A stretch of DNA of 64,000 bases from a virus (Duplodnaviria > Caudoviricetes): positions 1 through 64,000 of the IMG/VR virus record IMGVR_UViG_3300021255_003058, one strand, 5' to 3'. A program made the position numbers and the translations under genes. Positions 59,203 through 64,000 of the stretch are shown here, piece by piece (position 1 is the first letter of the stretch; each line of letters begins with the position of its first letter). Under the pieces are notes generated by a model. The model was not told the DNA's origin and made no database searches. It saw nothing but the letters and a program-made list of their open reading frames with translations.

Positions 59203-59937
59203 TTACAATGTTTTATTTTTTATGATTTCTCTTAAAATTATTTCTCCATTATCATTAATTGTTTCAATTAAATATTCTGTTGTTATACAATCAATATCAT
59301 AAAAATCTGCATTATTAACTTTAAATGTTAATACAAATTTATTGTGAGTATGACCAAAAACTTGATTCCATGTTATTCCACTATTATCAATATATGGATC
59401 ACTTTTTAATGCTTCAGGACGAACCCACATTGGAGAATTACGTTTATCATTTCCAAACCAATCAGATCCAACATGTTCAAATGCTTTATATTCTATTGTA
59501 TTGATATTTCCTAATGAAGGATAACACCATTTCATAAACCAAGTCATTGTAACACCAGCATGTGTATAAATTGTTTTATTAATTTCATCAACAAAACAAA
59601 AACTTAGTATATTATCATCTATTGCTTTTGAAACAAAATCTGAAGCAAACCACGCAGTATCTTTATTATATCCAGAATATTGACCTCTAAAACTCGTAAG
59701 ATAATGCATATCATGATTACCAATTAGCATTATGAATTTACCTTTTTTAGATTTAATATGTTGCTTACGAAGTTTAATTAAATCTAACCATGCTAATTTT
59801 TGTAGCTCAGGAGCAATTGTAAATGAATCAAAATAATCACCAACAATTATAACATCATCAGGTTGTTCAAGATCATAAATATCTTTTATAATCCCAAACA
59901 TACCATGCATATCTCCTAAAACTAATCTTTTTCTCAT
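59203..59937 (-). CDS. Calcineurin-like metallophosphoesterase
   Basis: GDMHG, GDYFD, GNHD, THAG and FGHTH motifs. Confidence 0.85.
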   Translation of the reverse strand: MRKRLVLGDMHGMFGIIKDIYDLEQPDDVIIVGDYFDSFTIAPELQKLAWLDLIKLRKQHIKSKKGKFIMLIGNHDMHYLTSFRGQYSGYNKDTAWFASDFVSKAIDDNILSFCFVDEINKTIYTHAGVTMTWFMKWCYPSLGNINTIEYKAFEHVGSDWFGNDKRNSPMWVRPEALKSDPYIDNSGITWNQVFGHTHNKFVLTFKVNNADFYDIDCITTEYLIETINDNGEIILREIIKNKTL

Positions 59938-59960
59938 TTTAAATATTATCTAATCATAAA

Positions 59961-60155
59961 TTATAAAAATAAAACAATTAACAAACAAAATATTATAAAT
60001 ACCCAAAATAGACATCCTAATCCTTTAATTAAACCTTTCCATAGAAATTCAAACACATATTTAAATAATTCACATGCCCAGCCAAGAATACCTAAAAATA
60101 CAAAAATTACTACTAATGATATTAAAACTTCTAAAGCAGATATAATAGCTGTCAT
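59961..60155 (-). CDS. Small membrane protein
   Basis: Two hydrophobic segments. Confidence 0.6.
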   Translation of the reverse strand: MTAIISALEVLISLVVIFVFLGILGWACELFKYVFEFLWKGLIKGLGCLFWVFIIFCLLIVLFL

Positions 60156-60262
60156 ATTCTATAAATTTTATATAAATTAATATAGAATATTATATATAAA
60201 ATTCAAATATAATTCAAATTTCACATAAAATTTCATGTTATAAATGATAAATAATATATAAA

Positions 60263-60913
60263 TTATAAATTATATTTATTTAAATATGATTCTAATTTAT
60301 TTTTTATTTCATTTGCATAAGGTTTCCATTTTTCTCTCTGAATCTCATATTCAAGAGTTTCACGAGCATCAAGTTGTGCTACTTGCTTTGACAAACCACA
60401 GCATTCCCAATCAATCATTAATGCTTCCCAGTCAATAGCATCCCAACCATGTTCTAATCCGTATTCAAGATGATGTCTATTATGTGTACGATGCCATTTT
60501 TGTACTCTTTTATAATCACCTCTCCATAACAATTTAAGCCATGGCTTTTCAGCGTCATGCAATAAATACTTAGGTTTCCAAATACCAAGATTAAGAGCTG
60601 TCAATTGAAATCCGCACCAATGAGCGAACCAATATTTGAATGAACTTCTATCTTGTTTTGTAAACATTGAAAAGTTCTTATAAAAATCTAATACATCTTC
60701 AAATGATGAATATAACCAATAATCTTTATGATATTCATCTACAGCTATCCAATATTGTTTGGCTTGAGAACATTGTTCGCAAATCCATAAATATTTATCT
60801 CCACCAAATACCTTTGTAAGATATTCTACAGCTGCGGGATCGTTAAGCATATCAATAACAGTAACCTTTCCTACTCTATCATGAACTGATAATCTTTTTC
60901 TTAATGTTATCAT
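60263..60913 (-). CDS. HD-superfamily (DUF5662-like) protein
   Basis: LLHDAEK..HRTHNRHHLEY..MIDW motifs. Confidence 0.55.
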   Translation of the reverse strand: MITLRKRLSVHDRVGKVTVIDMLNDPAAVEYLTKVFGGDKYLWICEQCSQAKQYWIAVDEYHKDYWLYSSFEDVLDFYKNFSMFTKQDRSSFKYWFAHWCGFQLTALNLGIWKPKYLLHDAEKPWLKLLWRGDYKRVQKWHRTHNRHHLEYGLEHGWDAIDWEALMIDWECCGLSKQVAQLDARETLEYEIQREKWKPYANEIKNKLESYLNKYNL

Positions 60914-60914
60914 A

Positions 60915-61310
60915 TTATCTTGTGTATTTGTTAAAATAAATTGGTTTTGTTATTCTTTCATAATATCCTGATGGATCTGAAACATGTTGTTCAAGTTGAT
61001 GACATAATTTGTCCCATTCCTTAAATCGTTTATATTCCTCAAGATATTCATTAGGGCAATCAGGAACATACATATAAGTTCCCCATTTATGATAATCTTC
61101 ACAATCTTTGCCTAAGACCATTGTATTATCAATATCACTAAACATACGATTATCTGAAAAATAACCCTTATTAGGCTTAGTATCAAATTCAGGATAATAT
61201 GTTATATTATATTGATGAATCTTGAAATTGGGAAAGCAACAGTAGTCACCGTCCCAAAAACAAAAATTCTCACAATTGATACAACAATCTTTATGTGTAA
61301 AATCTTTCAT
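60915..61310 (-). CDS. hypothetical protein
   Basis: ORF in packed block. Confidence 0.65.
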   Translation of the reverse strand: MKDFTHKDCCINCENFCFWDGDYCCFPNFKIHQYNITYYPEFDTKPNKGYFSDNRMFSDIDNTMVLGKDCEDYHKWGTYMYVPDCPNEYLEEYKRFKEWDKLCHQLEQHVSDPSGYYERITKPIYFNKYTR

Positions 61311-61484
61311 TACATTTCTTTAATATAATTTTTTAATTCAGCAAGAATATCTAATGATCCATTGAAATAATTTATATCGCAACTTTCAATACTTGATTTT
61401 AATTGTTTTCTTGTTGTATCAATAGAATCATTAATATAATCTATTAACTGATTTTTAAATAGTTCTTTATATTATTTAATTAAA

Positions 61485-62246
61485 TTATCCATAAATTTTA
61501 TCAAAATATTGTAAAAGAATTTCTTTTATTAAATATGATGAATATGAATTTGATTCTTTACGCCAATGATTTTCGGAAATACGTCCAAAATATATTTCTT
61601 TAATAGTTGTTGTATATGTTTTAAAATTTCGTTCTACTCTACAAAGTGTATAATAATGCATTTCATCCATACTTTTTGTTTTTCTAGAAGTTTCTGCGTT
61701 TTGGCAAACATGATTTTTAAAATTATTATCACCTACTGCAGATTTTACTTCCATATCATATGAAGGTGTTTCAATACATACAACATCAGTTTCAACATTT
61801 TCATTTTCGCAAGATCTGAAATGATAATTACTTTGAGCTTTATTCATTTCATCTGCAAAAAATGCGTCAAAATATTTTCCATAATGAGGCATATCTTTTT
61901 TATCAATTGGACCGAGAACACTTAAAATTTTATCATCAAATATTTTTGCAACATTATGAACAACATTAATTATTTGTTCTTTAGATAATACATTACTATA
62001 ATATTTATCTATTTTTTCTCTTGTTAAAGAATCCATAGTCAGATCTTTTAACATATATCCTCTTGGAATTTTTCTATATGACGGATCACTTTTTGTATTA
62101 ATATTTTTAATTCTCAAGCAATCATCATATTCAATTAATCTATATGTATATTTATCTTCAGATGTTGGAACATAATATACAAATATTGTTTCTAAATTTG
62201 TATTATAACTTGTATAACATTCTGATGCGTAAATAATATTTTTCAT
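61485..62246 (-). CDS. hypothetical protein, possible PD-(D/E)XK nuclease
   Basis: TDVVC..YDMEVKS pattern. Confidence 0.4.
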   Translation of the reverse strand: MKNIIYASECYTSYNTNLETIFVYYVPTSEDKYTYRLIEYDDCLRIKNINTKSDPSYRKIPRGYMLKDLTMDSLTREKIDKYYSNVLSKEQIINVVHNVAKIFDDKILSVLGPIDKKDMPHYGKYFDAFFADEMNKAQSNYHFRSCENENVETDVVCIETPSYDMEVKSAVGDNNFKNHVCQNAETSRKTKSMDEMHYYTLCRVERNFKTYTTTIKEIYFGRISENHWRKESNSYSSYLIKEILLQYFDKIYG

Positions 62247-62263
62247 TTATTCAATTTTATAAT

Positions 62264-62488
62264 TTAACTTAATTTTTCTTCAATCCACTCATTAATTGCA
62301 AGTATTCCACCAACTAAAAGAAATACACTTATAACAAATATACCTAACCATGAAAATATACCTGTCCAAAATGATCTCCAAACAATAAGTTTTTTACTTT
62401 TCCAAGATTTTTCATAATGTACAGTATATACATAATAGCATACTGACAAAATAATCCAACCTATTAAATATGCAATAAATTGTTCCAT
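62264..62488 (-). CDS. Small membrane protein
   Basis: Two hydrophobic segments. Confidence 0.6.
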   Translation of the reverse strand: MEQFIAYLIGWIILSVCYYVYTVHYEKSWKSKKLIVWRSFWTGIFSWLGIFVISVFLLVGGILAINEWIEEKLS

Positions 62489-62629
62489 TATTTGTTAATT
62501 TCAAAATTCATATAATAACAATATCCAGTAAACAATAATCCAATCATTTCAAGTTCAGAAAGATCTTTAGTATATTTATGATTGGACACAAGAGTCATTA
62601 AATTATAAATCAAACTTTCTCTCATTTTA

Positions 62630-64000
62630 TTAATATAAACGAAGTTCAATTCCCTTCTCACGGGCTTTTTTCATCTTACCAGTATTTGACTCGAGTGAAT
62701 TTGTAAATACAATTTGTACCTCCTTCCAAGAACCTGTCTGACGATACTCAGGGTGACAAGCAAGGAACTCACCCTTTGACTTATAATCATTAGGTTCACC
62801 TGTTAAAATAACAGGAATCTGATTTGAAGTAGTCTTCTTAATTGCTGCATGAACAACTTTGAAATCATCAACAGTCATTCCAATTTTGTTCAAAATTTCA
62901 TTAATCTCCTTACACTCATTTGAATTTTCATTCTTGACCCACTGATAACCTTCTGTTGCAAGGTGTTCAAAATCAGCATCTCCAGTAAGAATATAACTTG
63001 CACACTGCTCAGCAACCTTTGAACCACAAAGCTTGAATGAACAAGATTTGATAATATCAGTTAGAGTCAACTGTTTCAAAACTTCCTCAAAAGCTTTCTT
63101 TGCATTTGAACCATTCTTACCAGCTCCTGCGCCAAAATAAATCTCCTCAGGAGTACATTCCAAAATATTATATTTCAATGTTGGCTCAGCTTCATCGAAG
63201 AAATTAGCAGTTGTCGGATCTACAGAAGAAATATAATCAAAAATCTTCTTAGCAGTTTCACCTCCGATACTAGGAATATTCAAACTATTTGCTGAATAGA
63301 TAAACTTTAATTTTGCATGATCCTTTTCATTAAGTACAGCCATCAAATGAATATCATCAATAAGAGTTTCTCCTTCAGGCATTGGAATTTCTCCATCATT
63401 TGCTTGGGTAACTTTGTAAAGGAAAGGAATAATATCACCAGCAAGTGACATAATAACCTTTGAGCCAATTGTTACACCTTTTGACTTTAAATATCCATAA
63501 TTGTGACCAGAACATTTCTGAACATCTCGACCATCCATATTAACTGGATTAACCCAAATAATTGGAGTATATTCTCCAGTTTTTCCAAGATTCCATGTAA
63601 TGTTTACAACCTCAGTTTCCTCAAGCATTGGTACAAACTTAATTGCAACACAGTCAGATGGACGATGCTCAGTTGTATTATTAATTCGGAAATCTTCAGT
63701 TGGCTTAATAACGATGCCATCAAGAGCAAATGGGCAATTGTGACGGTACTCAGCAAATTCATTATAGATATTTGCAAAGTCATTTTCATTCAAGATATAA
63801 CGAGTCTTGAAGAATTGTGGAGTAACACCCGAATGATAATCAGCTTCAGACATCAGAACATTAAGTTTCGTCCACTCACGATCTTTAACAATACCTCCAC
63901 TGACTTGACGCCAATCATAAATAACAATTGACAAATCATTTCTCATTGCAAGATATTCAGGATCTTCTGAATAATCACGGTTCAGAACTCCTGATACAAA
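62630..64000 (-). CDS. ligA: NAD-dependent DNA ligase, N-terminus outside window
   Basis: LDGIVIK, AIKF, WNLGKTGEYTP, AGDIIP motifs and C-terminal BRCT (LTG..KMKKAREKGI). Confidence 0.9.
   Translation of the reverse strand, partial: FVSGVLNRDYSEDPEYLAMRNDLSIVIYDWRQVSGGIVKDREWTKLNVLMSEADYHSGVTPQFFKTRYILNENDFANIYNEFAEYRHNCPFALDGIVIKPTEDFRINNTTEHRPSDCVAIKFVPMLEETEVVNITWNLGKTGEYTPIIWVNPVNMDGRDVQKCSGHNYGYLKSKGVTIGSKVIMSLAGDIIPFLYKVTQANDGEIPMPEGETLIDDIHLMAVLNEKDHAKLKFIYSANSLNIPSIGGETAKKIFDYISSVDPTTANFFDEAEPTLKYNILECTPEEIYFGAGAGKNGSNAKKAFEEVLKQLTLTDIIKSCSFKLCGSKVAEQCASYILTGDADFEHLATEGYQWVKNENSNECKEINEILNKIGMTVDDFKVVHAAIKKTTSNQIPVILTGEPNDYKSKGEFLACHPEYRQTGSWKEVQIVFTNSLESNTGKMKKAREKGIELRLY

Noticed and set aside
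50816-63931. Antisense or nested ORFs inside sbcC, the lipoprotein gene, the gp26-like gene and ligA
   Set aside because: Shadow frames of well-supported genes.

Overview
This is a very AT-rich window from a huge phage, most likely a Lak-like megaphage of a Bacteroidota/Prevotella-type host (inferred from gene content, not from a search). 1-6.4 kb holds BspA-type LRR genes, a glycosyltransferase-like gene, a beta-helix gene and a PTH2-like operon. 6.5-26.3 kb is a minus-strand array of about 56 conventional tRNA genes (including an amber suppressor, Ile-UAU and Leu-AAG), about 20 non-canonical tRNA-like genes, four free-standing endonuclease ORFs and many structured non-coding blocks. 26.8-64 kb holds two giant unknown proteins, a T4 RNase H-like nuclease, SbcD/SbcC (gp47/gp46), baseplate hub-like genes, Bacteroidota-type lipoproteins, many small hypothetical genes and a partial NAD-dependent DNA ligase. 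Two candidate new systems lie in the tRNA array. (1) A conserved bipartite RNA element of about 50 nt (12 copies, clear base-pair covariation, 3' end GAGUUACUUC) occurs as a 61-91 nt intron inside four tRNAs. In eight further copies it is in circularly permuted order around permuted tRNAs, a whole tRNA or short cargo. (2) Two leader-peptide attenuators each head one half of the array, and their codon content matches almost exactly the tRNAs downstream, suggesting a sensor of tRNA-pool depletion. All structures and anticodons were read by eye; coordinates may be off by a few nt.
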